Positions 9,412 through 17,442 of a stretch of 64,000 bases of DNA are shown piece by piece. The DNA lies in assembly GCA_965215365.1 (NCBI GenBank), contig CBDCDS010000003.1, positions 1,984,001 to 2,048,000 of the forward strand. The letters are read 5' to 3'. Below the pieces are notes generated by a model that saw only the letters and a list, made by a program, of their open reading frames with translations, had not been told where the DNA came from and ran no database searches. The stretch comes from Gammaproteobacteria bacterium (GTDB taxonomy: Bacteria > Pseudomonadota > Gammaproteobacteria > Eutrophobiales > Eutrophobiaceae). Each line of letters opens with the position of its first letter. Position 1 is the stretch's first letter. The translations under genes were made by a program, and so were the position numbers.

Positions 9412-10983
9412 ATGGGATTTTTATATCGGATCTGCTGGTTTCTTTGCTGCGGCGTTGTTGCCGCGTGCGCTGATTTTATTCCCGAACCGCCTGTGCCGTC
9501 GGCTGGGCATATTGCCGCGCCGGCGAGGGCTGCGCCGGCCGGGGATATTCCTGATATTGTCGCGCTGCCGCCGCCGCTGCCGCAACCTGCGCCGCTGCGG
9601 CACGAAGACCGCTATACGGTGGTTGTCAACGAAGTGCCGGTGCGGGAGCTGTTGTTTGCCCTGGCCCGGGATGCGCGTATCAATATCGATATTGCCCCGG
9701 GTATCAGCGGTCTGATTACCATGAACGCGGTGGAGCAAACGCTGCCGCAGTTACTGCAACGCGTGGCGCGGCAGGCCGGGCTGCGTTACGCCATGGAAGA
9801 CGATAACGTGTTCATCTCCCCCGATGAGCCGTATTTCCAGACTTACCGGGTCGATTACCTGAACATGGAACGGGACACCTCGCATGTGGTGCAGGTGGGG
9901 ACGCAGATTGCCGGGGCCGGCAACAGCCTGGAAGGCGGCGGTGGTGGGAGTAATAATTCAACCACCACGATTGGCACCACCATGTCCAACCATTTCTGGG
10001 CCAATCTGGTTGCGAATGTCTCCGCCATTCTGGACGCCGAAGGGGGCGCCGCCGCCAGCGCAGTCATCCCCCATCCGGAATCGGGCGTGTTGACGGTCAG
10101 GGCCACGGCAGTGCAGCATGATACCTTGCGCACGCTGATCGATGAGACGCTCACCAATGCCAACCGCCAGGTATTGATACAGGCTACCATCGTCGAGGTC
10201 AGCCTGACCGACCAGTTCCAGGCCGGTATCGACTGGCAGGCGCTCAATCAGGCCGGCATCGAGGGGCTGAGGCTGACTACCAAGACGCTTACGACCAGCC
10301 CGGTCAACGCCGCGTCATTGTTCTCGCTGAGTTATGAGGACGCCGATCCGGAGCAGGAGCGGGCGCTGAGCGCAGCCGTGGAGCTGTTGCAGGAGTTCGG
10401 CGATGTACGGGTGCTGTCCAGCCCCCAGATCATGGCCTTGAACAACCAGTCCGCCATCCTCAAGGTAGTCGATAACGTAGTCTATTTTGAGGTGGAGCAG
10501 GAAAGCAACGTGACCCAGGGCGTGGCGGCCAACACCTTCGAGACCATCGTCAAGACGGTGCCGGTGGGCATTGTCATGACCATCACCCCGCATATCAAGG
10601 CCGACGACTCCATCATCCTGAACATCAGGCCGAGCATCTCCCGCATCAACCGCTTTGTCAACGACCCGAATCCGACGCTGGCGATTACCAGCCCGGTGCC
10701 GGAGATCCGGGTGCGGGAAATGGAATCCATGTTGCAGTTGCAGAACGGCGAGATCGCAGTCATGGGCGGACTGATGCAGGACGACAGCCGCGGCAATGAC
10801 AACGCCATTCCCGGTCTGTCCCGCATCCCGGTGCTGGGTACTGCGTTCAAGATGGCCTTGCGCGAGTACGAGAAGACCGAACTGGTGATCTTCCTGCGCC
10901 CGCTGATCGTCCGCAACCCCAGTCTGGACGGTGATTTTAGCGCCTACAAACAGTTTTTTCCGGGAGCAGATGATGATTTTTAG
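9412..10983 (+). CDS. Secretin lipoprotein (MshL/GspD-like)
   Basis: Lipobox VAAC; QVLIQATIVEV, SSPQIMALNNQSA, AIPGLSRIPVLG, KTELVIFLRP. Confidence 0.92.
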   Translation: MGFLYRICWFLCCGVVAACADFIPEPPVPSAGHIAAPARAAPAGDIPDIVALPPPLPQPAPLRHEDRYTVVVNEVPVRELLFALARDARINIDIAPGISGLITMNAVEQTLPQLLQRVARQAGLRYAMEDDNVFISPDEPYFQTYRVDYLNMERDTSHVVQVGTQIAGAGNSLEGGGGGSNNSTTTIGTTMSNHFWANLVANVSAILDAEGGAAASAVIPHPESGVLTVRATAVQHDTLRTLIDETLTNANRQVLIQATIVEVSLTDQFQAGIDWQALNQAGIEGLRLTTKTLTTSPVNAASLFSLSYEDADPEQERALSAAVELLQEFGDVRVLSSPQIMALNNQSAILKVVDNVVYFEVEQESNVTQGVAANTFETIVKTVPVGIVMTITPHIKADDSIILNIRPSISRINRFVNDPNPTLAITSPVPEIRVREMESMLQLQNGEIAVMGGLMQDDSRGNDNAIPGLSRIPVLGTAFKMALREYEKTELVIFLRPLIVRNPSLDGDFSAYKQFFPGADDDF

Positions 10984-11662
10984 AGGCACCTTTAAGCCGC
11001 TGGCCGCGTTCTGTATCGGGGTTGTGTGCACGACAATTTATCCTGCCCTGGCGGCGCCGGATGCCGGGTCAATCAAGGTGATACGCACGGAAATCGACGC
11101 CGGCCATGAAACCCGCCTGCTTGCCGCTTACCAGGCCTACCGGGACGGTGACCTGACTGCCGCCGCCGCCGGATACGAAGACGTATTACGGGTTTACCCC
11201 GACAACCGCGACGCCATGCTGGGTCTGGCCGCCTGCGCGCTCATGCAGGGTGAGGTCGCCACGGCGGCCGGCCGGTACCGGCGCCTGCTGCGCGCCTTTC
11301 CGCAAGACCACCTGTCCCGGGCCGCGCTGAGCGGCCTGCAGCAGGACCGGCAAGGGGAGATATTCGTCCGGGAGTTGTTGTCAAAGCAGCCCGGAGAACC
11401 GTTTCTGTACGCCATCTTAGGTCAGCTGCAGGCGGCCCAGGCGCGTTGGCCCGAGGCGCGCCAGGCCTTCGCCGCGGCCCACCGGATGGACCCGACCCAG
11501 CCGGGGTATGCCATGAATCTGGCCATCAGCCTGGACCGGATGGGGCAGCGCGCGGCGGCGCTGAAATACTATCGCACCACCCTGACACTGGTGGAACAGG
11601 GCAACTCCAGCCTGGCGCTGCGGCCGATCATGCAGCGTATCCAGTCATTAAGGCGGCCGTAG
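10970..11662 (+). CDS. Exported TPR protein (MshN-like)
   Basis: Signal peptide, several TPR-like helical pairs, position directly after the secretin. Confidence 0.75.
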   Translation: MMIFRGTFKPLAAFCIGVVCTTIYPALAAPDAGSIKVIRTEIDAGHETRLLAAYQAYRDGDLTAAAAGYEDVLRVYPDNRDAMLGLAACALMQGEVATAAGRYRRLLRAFPQDHLSRAALSGLQQDRQGEIFVRELLSKQPGEPFLYAILGQLQAAQARWPEARQAFAAAHRMDPTQPGYAMNLAISLDRMGQRAAALKYYRTTLTLVEQGNSSLALRPIMQRIQSLRRP

Positions 11663-11664
11663 TC

Positions 11665-13437
11665 ATGTCTGAGCTACACGGGTCACAAACGCAGGACTTG
11701 GGTAAGATACTGATCGATAAGGGAATTATCACCCCCGACCAGCTTGAGATTGCGGCGCTGGAGCAGAAGAGCAGCCGCGAGCAGCCGGGCCGGATTCTGG
11801 TGCGCTTGGGGTTCGTGACCGAGGACATTATTCACGATGTCATCGGCGGCGCGTTCGGGCAGCAGCGCGTCGACCTGCAAGCAATCATTGCAGACAGTGA
11901 CGCGCTGGCCATGATCCCGGAGGACCTGGCCAGGCGCCTGCAGGTGGCGCCCGTCAGTTATGACGCGTCGAGCAGGACTCTGAAAGTAGCGCTGGCGGAT
12001 ATCTTTGATATTGTCGCCCTGGACCAGATCAATGCCCACTTAGGCGGCGCCGTGGAAGTTGTTCCGGCGCTTGCCGCGCAGGCGGACATCGAAAAATGTA
12101 TCGACCGATTTTACGGTTATGAACTGTCCGTGGGCGGCATCTTAAACGAGATGGAAACGGGGGAACTCGACTACCGCAGTCTGGCCGCGCAGAGCGACGA
12201 ATACAGCCAGCCGGTGGTGCGACTGGTGAATGCCCTGCTGGCCGACGCGGTGAAACGCGGCGCCTCGGACATACATCTTGAGCCGGAACAGGGTTTCCTG
12301 CGCGTGCGCTACCGTATCGACGGCGTGTTGCGGCAGGTGCGCAGCCTGCACAAAAACTACTGGTCGGCGCTGGTCGTGCGGGTAAAAGTGATGGCAGGGC
12401 TGGACCTGGCCGAGTCCCGCGCCGCGCAAGACGGCCGCATTTCTCTGTCGCTGTCAGGGCGGCAGGTGGACTTTCGCGTAGCGACCCTGCCTACCTTGTA
12501 CGGTGAAAATATCGTCCTGCGGGTGCTGGACCGGCACAAGGGCATTGTTGGTCTGGCGCAGCTGGGCCTGGATGAGGAGCAACTGGTTGCGTTAAAACGC
12601 ATGGTTACGCGCCCGGAAGGACTCATCCTGGTAACCGGCCCCACCGGCAGCGGCAAGACCACTACCTTGTATTCGATACTGCAATATCTGAACCACGAAG
12701 CCGTGAACATTATGACCCTGGAAGACCCGGTCGAATATCCTACCTCGATGATCCGGCAGACCTCGGCTAACGCCACGGCCAGACTCGGTTTTGCCGACGG
12801 CATCCGTTCCATATTGCGCCAGGATCCGGACATCATCCTGGTCGGCGAAATTCGTGATGAAGATACTGCCGCCATGGCCTTGCGCGCCGCCATGACCGGC
12901 CACCGAGTGTTTTCCACCCTGCATTCCAATTCCGCGCTCGGCGCTCTCCCGCGCTTGCTGGACATGGGCGTGCAAACGCAGCTGCTGGCCGGGAACCTCA
13001 GTGGCGTCATCGCGCAACGACTGGTGCGCAAGCTGTGCAATGAATGCAAGCAACCCGGCGCCGCGCCGCCGCTGGTACCGGGGACAAGATACGGCGTCAG
13101 GCCCTCGTCCGGTAATGCCGCCGCAGCGCGGCGGCACCCGGACGAAATCCGGGACGTGGATGCACAGCTCAGCGTTTACCAGCCGGTCGGCTGTGCAGCC
13201 TGTGCCGGGCAAGGCTATCGCGGACGCATGGCCCTGGTGGAAATATTGCCGTTTGATCCGGACCTGGACGAGTTACTCGCGCGCCGCGTCAGCAGCAATG
13301 AGCTGCACACCATGGCGGTGGCAAAAGGTTTCCGGGAGCTGGCGGAAACCGGCCTCAGCCGGATCATGGCAGGAATCACCAGTGTGGAGGAGGTCGCGCG
13401 CGTGGTGGACTTGGGCAACGCGCTTAACCGACCATGA
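11665..13437 (+). CDS. GspE/PilB/MshE-family assembly ATPase
   Basis: GASDIHLEP, GPTGSGKTT, LRQDPDIILVGEIRD, two CxxC; MshEN-like N-terminus. Confidence 0.95.
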   Translation: MSELHGSQTQDLGKILIDKGIITPDQLEIAALEQKSSREQPGRILVRLGFVTEDIIHDVIGGAFGQQRVDLQAIIADSDALAMIPEDLARRLQVAPVSYDASSRTLKVALADIFDIVALDQINAHLGGAVEVVPALAAQADIEKCIDRFYGYELSVGGILNEMETGELDYRSLAAQSDEYSQPVVRLVNALLADAVKRGASDIHLEPEQGFLRVRYRIDGVLRQVRSLHKNYWSALVVRVKVMAGLDLAESRAAQDGRISLSLSGRQVDFRVATLPTLYGENIVLRVLDRHKGIVGLAQLGLDEEQLVALKRMVTRPEGLILVTGPTGSGKTTTLYSILQYLNHEAVNIMTLEDPVEYPTSMIRQTSANATARLGFADGIRSILRQDPDIILVGEIRDEDTAAMALRAAMTGHRVFSTLHSNSALGALPRLLDMGVQTQLLAGNLSGVIAQRLVRKLCNECKQPGAAPPLVPGTRYGVRPSSGNAAAARRHPDEIRDVDAQLSVYQPVGCAACAGQGYRGRMALVEILPFDPDLDELLARRVSSNELHTMAVAKGFRELAETGLSRIMAGITSVEEVARVVDLGNALNRP

Positions 13438-14639
13438 GCAGTTACCACTACCGGGCGCTGGATGCGCGCGGCCGCATCAGGAAGGGGGAAACCCGCGCAG
13501 CTAACAGCGCTGACCTGGAAACGCGATTGCGCAAGACCGGGTTGGAACTGATCAGCTGCAAATCAGCCCGGCCACCGCTGCTGTCGCTACCACGGCGGCG
13601 AGTGAAACGGCGCGACCTGATCGTATTCTGTTTTCACCTGCAGCAGTCCTTGCGCGCCGGTGTGCCGGCGCCGGAGAGCCTGCAGGATTTGCGTGACAGC
13701 GCCGGCAACCCTCGCCTGCGGCAGGTTGCCGGCACCTTGCTGGAGGCCATTGAAGGCGGCAAGACCTTGTCGGCGGCGCTGCGCGAGTTCCCGGCGGTGT
13801 TCAGCGAGGTGTTCGTCAACCTGATTCAGGCCGGGGAGCAAACCGGCGCGCTTGACACGATCCTCGAGCGGCTCGAAACAAACCTCAAGTGGCAGGACGA
13901 ACAGGCCGCCATGACCCGGAAGCTATTCATGGCACCGGCGTTGACCGGCACCGTGGTCGGCATCGTGGTGGTGTTCCTGATGGCCTACCTGGTGCCACAA
14001 CTGTTGACCTTTGTCGGCACGACCGGTTCCGGGTTACCGTCCCATACCCTGTTGCTGATTGCAGTCTCCGGCGCATTGGTTGATTACTGGGAGGCGCTGC
14101 TGTGTGTGCCGTTGCTGTTACTCGCGATAGTGGTTGCCGGCGCCAGAACCAGCCCCGGCTTCAGACTGGTGCTGGACCGGTTTAAGCTGGCGCTGCCGGT
14201 GCTGGGTCCGGCGCAGGAAAAACTCATCTTAGCGCGCCTCGCCAGCCTGTTCGCCATGATGTATGCATCCGGCATTACCGTGATCGACTGCATCAGCGCC
14301 GGCGAACGTAGCGCCGGCAATCTGGCCGTGGCACAGGCGATGAGCCGCGTCGGCGCAGCGCTGGCAGAAGGTCAAAACCTGGGCGACAGCTTTGCCGCCG
14401 GCAACCTGTTTCCACCACTGATGTTACGCATGATCCGGGTGGGAGAGACAACCGGCGCCTTGGCGCCGGCGCTGGAGAACATCGCCTGGTTCTACACGCG
14501 CGATGCCCGCGCGGCAGTGGACCGGTTGCAATCCCTGATAGAACCGGTTATGACCCTGCTGCTGGGCCTCGTCATCGGCTGGGTCATGTTATCCGTATTC
14601 GGGCCAATTTATGATCTCATTACCGGGCTTGGGGTATAA
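13434..14639 (+). CDS. GspF/PilC-family platform protein
   Basis: AGEQTGALD, VGETTGAL, LIEPVMTLLLG; duplicated T2SSF domains. Confidence 0.95.
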   Translation: MSSYHYRALDARGRIRKGETRAANSADLETRLRKTGLELISCKSARPPLLSLPRRRVKRRDLIVFCFHLQQSLRAGVPAPESLQDLRDSAGNPRLRQVAGTLLEAIEGGKTLSAALREFPAVFSEVFVNLIQAGEQTGALDTILERLETNLKWQDEQAAMTRKLFMAPALTGTVVGIVVVFLMAYLVPQLLTFVGTTGSGLPSHTLLLIAVSGALVDYWEALLCVPLLLLAIVVAGARTSPGFRLVLDRFKLALPVLGPAQEKLILARLASLFAMMYASGITVIDCISAGERSAGNLAVAQAMSRVGAALAEGQNLGDSFAAGNLFPPLMLRMIRVGETTGALAPALENIAWFYTRDARAAVDRLQSLIEPVMTLLLGLVIGWVMLSVFGPIYDLITGLGV

Positions 14640-16263
14640 GGGAGTCCTGCGTGGCATTTTTGCAGGGGCCCGTCAACGGCGGGCGCTGTTGATAGACGCC
14701 GAACAGGCGGCCTTGTATCATTGGCAGGACGGTGGCGCCGTCCTGCATGAGGTGTTTACCGCGACGGAGCAAGGGCGCAAGGCGTTCCGGCATTATCTCT
14801 CACAATACCCCGACCTTCCGTTCTACCTGCTAGTGGACCTGGCCGATGAGGAATTCCGGCAGGATACCGTTCCGCATGTGTCACGGCGAGACCGACAGGC
14901 GTTGCTCAAGCGCAAGGCCGGACGCTTGTTCAAGGACAGTTCCTGTTGTTGCCACAGGATAACCGGCCGGGAACGTACCGGGCGCAGAGATGATCGGGTA
15001 TTGCTGAGCGCGCTGGCCGCTCCCGGCCGGCTTGGGCAGTGGGTGGCATTGCTGGACGAGGCCAGGGCGCCGCTGGCGGCCATCTGTTCACTGCCGCTGT
15101 TTAGCGCGCGCCTGCTGCCTGCCGTTACCGGACAGACCGGTGGGCGCCGCTTGCTGGTCAGTCTGCACCGCAGCAGCGGGTTGCGCCAGACCTGTTTTGA
15201 CAATGGCGAGTTTCAGTTCAGCCGCCTGACACCGTTGCCGGGTGCTGAACATGGGCTGGCCGTTGCGATCGGCGCCGAAGTTGACAAAGTCCGACGTTAC
15301 CTGGACAGCCGCCAAACGGACCCATCCGCAGAGCCGTTACAAGTGCATTTGCTGCTGGCCGGCAGCCTGTTGCAGGAGGTGCGGGGCGCGTTCACGGAGC
15401 AGCAATCAGTGCGTTACCATGTTTTTGACCTGCACCGACCAGCACCTGAGGATGGCGCCGCAGAACCCACACAGTCACCTTTCAGTGACGAGTATTTTAT
15501 ACGGCAACTGTTGACGCTCAGGCCAGACAATGACTATGCCGACCTGAGGCAAAGACGCTGGTTTTTCCTGCAACGGCTGCGCGCAGGGGTTGTTGCGACC
15601 AGTTGTGCGTTGTTGCTCGGCAGTGTGTGTCACAGCGCGTTGACCGGCTACAACGGTCTTGTGCTGCAACGCCAGACGGAAGTGGCCCGGCAGCAGACCG
15701 CCCGGCAAGCGGCGGAGTATGAACAAGCAAACAAGCGCCTCCCGCAAACACCTGTGGAGGCATCAGAACTGAAGGCGGCAGTCATGACAGCGGCGCAACT
15801 GGCACAACAGCGGACGCCGCCGCTACGCATGGTGTCGGTGCTCAGCGACAGTCTGGACAAGTTTCCCGCCATCCATTTGCATAAGCTGGGTTGGCGGGCC
15901 GCCGCTCATGACGATATTACTGATCAGGGCGCGCCGGCTCAGGCCGTTACGCCGGTCGTTGCGGGAGCGCCTGAGGCGCCGGCAACGGTTTACCAGGTCG
16001 CGCACTTGCACGCCCGCATAGAACCTTTCAACGGCAATCTCCGGGAGGCGCTGGCGCTGGTCAACCGTTTTGTCGCACACCTGCGCGCCCGGGCCGGAGT
16101 GCGGAAGGTCAGTATCCTCGCCGTGCCCTTAGATGTCAGCTCCGGCGTCGCCTTGCAGGGCAGCGCCCAGGCGCTGCCACGCCAGGCAGAATTCAGCCTG
16201 AAGGTCGTGCTGGAGACGCCGCTAGGGGACCTGTCAGCGGGGGCGGGCGCCAGTGAAACCTGA
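14611..16263 (+). CDS. Pilus/T2SS alignment protein (PilM-PilN/GspL-like); start uncertain
   Basis: Cytoplasmic domain, one transmembrane segment, coiled coil and periplasmic domain; operon position. Confidence 0.55.
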   Translation: MISLPGLGYKGVLRGIFAGARQRRALLIDAEQAALYHWQDGGAVLHEVFTATEQGRKAFRHYLSQYPDLPFYLLVDLADEEFRQDTVPHVSRRDRQALLKRKAGRLFKDSSCCCHRITGRERTGRRDDRVLLSALAAPGRLGQWVALLDEARAPLAAICSLPLFSARLLPAVTGQTGGRRLLVSLHRSSGLRQTCFDNGEFQFSRLTPLPGAEHGLAVAIGAEVDKVRRYLDSRQTDPSAEPLQVHLLLAGSLLQEVRGAFTEQQSVRYHVFDLHRPAPEDGAAEPTQSPFSDEYFIRQLLTLRPDNDYADLRQRRWFFLQRLRAGVVATSCALLLGSVCHSALTGYNGLVLQRQTEVARQQTARQAAEYEQANKRLPQTPVEASELKAAVMTAAQLAQQRTPPLRMVSVLSDSLDKFPAIHLHKLGWRAAAHDDITDQGAPAQAVTPVVAGAPEAPATVYQVAHLHARIEPFNGNLREALALVNRFVAHLRARAGVRKVSILAVPLDVSSGVALQGSAQALPRQAEFSLKVVLETPLGDLSAGAGASET

Positions 16264-16879
16264 GTATGAATTTTTACGCAACGCCGCGTGCCTGTTGGCA
16301 GGTAGCGCCATGCTGGGCGCCGCCTTGTTGACGGGCAGCGGGTTATTCGAGCGCCGTATGGAACGCGCCTGTCAGTATCAGCGCGCGCAGCTGCACGAGA
16401 CCGGCCAGCGCACGCGGGTGGTCGCCGAAGCGGCAAACATCATCAGGGATTATCTCCCGCAATTCAGTGCATTGCACGACACCGGACTGTGGGGCGAGGA
16501 ACACCGGCTGAACTGGATTGAGACGCTACAGGATGCGGCCACTGCATTACAGTTGCCGGCACTGAGTTACGAGATAGGCGCGCGGCAAGTGCGCGACCCC
16601 GGCACGGGGCTGCCGGCCGGCAGCCCCCGCGTGTACAGCAGCGCCATGACCCTGGATATGCAATTACTGCACGAGGGCGATCTGTTCGCGCTGCTGGACT
16701 TGTTGGAAGATCGGGCCAAGGGCCTGTACCGCGTGGCAAGCTGCGAGTTGACCCGCAATTTCGCGACGCTCACAGACGACCCGCGCGCGCCAAACCTGCA
16801 CGCCAACTGCCTGCTGGAATGGTTTTCCATCGGCCCGGCGGCTGACCTTCAGAGCAATACGGTTTTTGCACCGCAATGA
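16253..16879 (+). CDS. PilO/GspM-like membrane protein
   Basis: N-terminal transmembrane segment, coiled coil, LLHEGDLFALLDLL; operon position. Confidence 0.55.
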   Translation: MKPEYEFLRNAACLLAGSAMLGAALLTGSGLFERRMERACQYQRAQLHETGQRTRVVAEAANIIRDYLPQFSALHDTGLWGEEHRLNWIETLQDAATALQLPALSYEIGARQVRDPGTGLPAGSPRVYSSAMTLDMQLLHEGDLFALLDLLEDRAKGLYRVASCELTRNFATLTDDPRAPNLHANCLLEWFSIGPAADLQSNTVFAPQ

Positions 16880-17442
16880 TCGGAAAATTTACTCGTCATG
16901 CTGCCCCCGACCGGGTTAGCAAGAAACCACTGAGCATCGCCCTGCTGCTGATATGCAGTTGCTGCCTTGCGGTCGACGAACACTCGTTTGGCCGCTTGTT
17001 CACCACGCCGGAACAGCGGCGATGGTTACAGGAATTACGGGTGCAACAGCAGCCAGCGCAGCCCGGTCAGGATGACATGGAAGCAGGCACAGGCGCGGCT
17101 GCGCCCGGCGCCGCGCCAACCGGGCCAGCCCCGGGGCCGGACCGCACCCAGGCGCCACCCGTAGTCACCCTGAAGGGTCTGATTATGCGAGAAGACGGCG
17201 CCGGTATGGTCTGGGTGGATGAACACGATGGCGGCGCCACGCCGGATTATCGGACACTGCAAACGGCGGCAACGCCGGGGCATGAAGTCGCCGTCCCCGT
17301 GGGTATGCACGGCAAGTCTGTAATGCTCAAACCAGGCCAGTCCTACCACTTGGATTCCGGCTCGGTCACAGATCTCGCCCGGCAGTCGCCGCACGGCGCC
17401 ATGCAACCGGCACCTGGCGCTTCGCAGGAAACCGCCCCGTGA
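16876..17442 (+). CDS. Exported accessory protein (PilP/MshK-like position)
   Basis: Signal, FGRLFTTPEQR, Pro/Ala linker, small beta-rich domain; overlapping start and stop with neighbours. Confidence 0.55.
   Translation: MIGKFTRHAAPDRVSKKPLSIALLLICSCCLAVDEHSFGRLFTTPEQRRWLQELRVQQQPAQPGQDDMEAGTGAAAPGAAPTGPAPGPDRTQAPPVVTLKGLIMREDGAGMVWVDEHDGGATPDYRTLQTAATPGHEVAVPVGMHGKSVMLKPGQSYHLDSGSVTDLARQSPHGAMQPAPGASQETAP

Noticed and set aside
11446-11664. Upstream extension of the assembly ATPase
   Set aside because: It overlaps the TPR gene in another frame; ATG 11665 follows the TPR stop.
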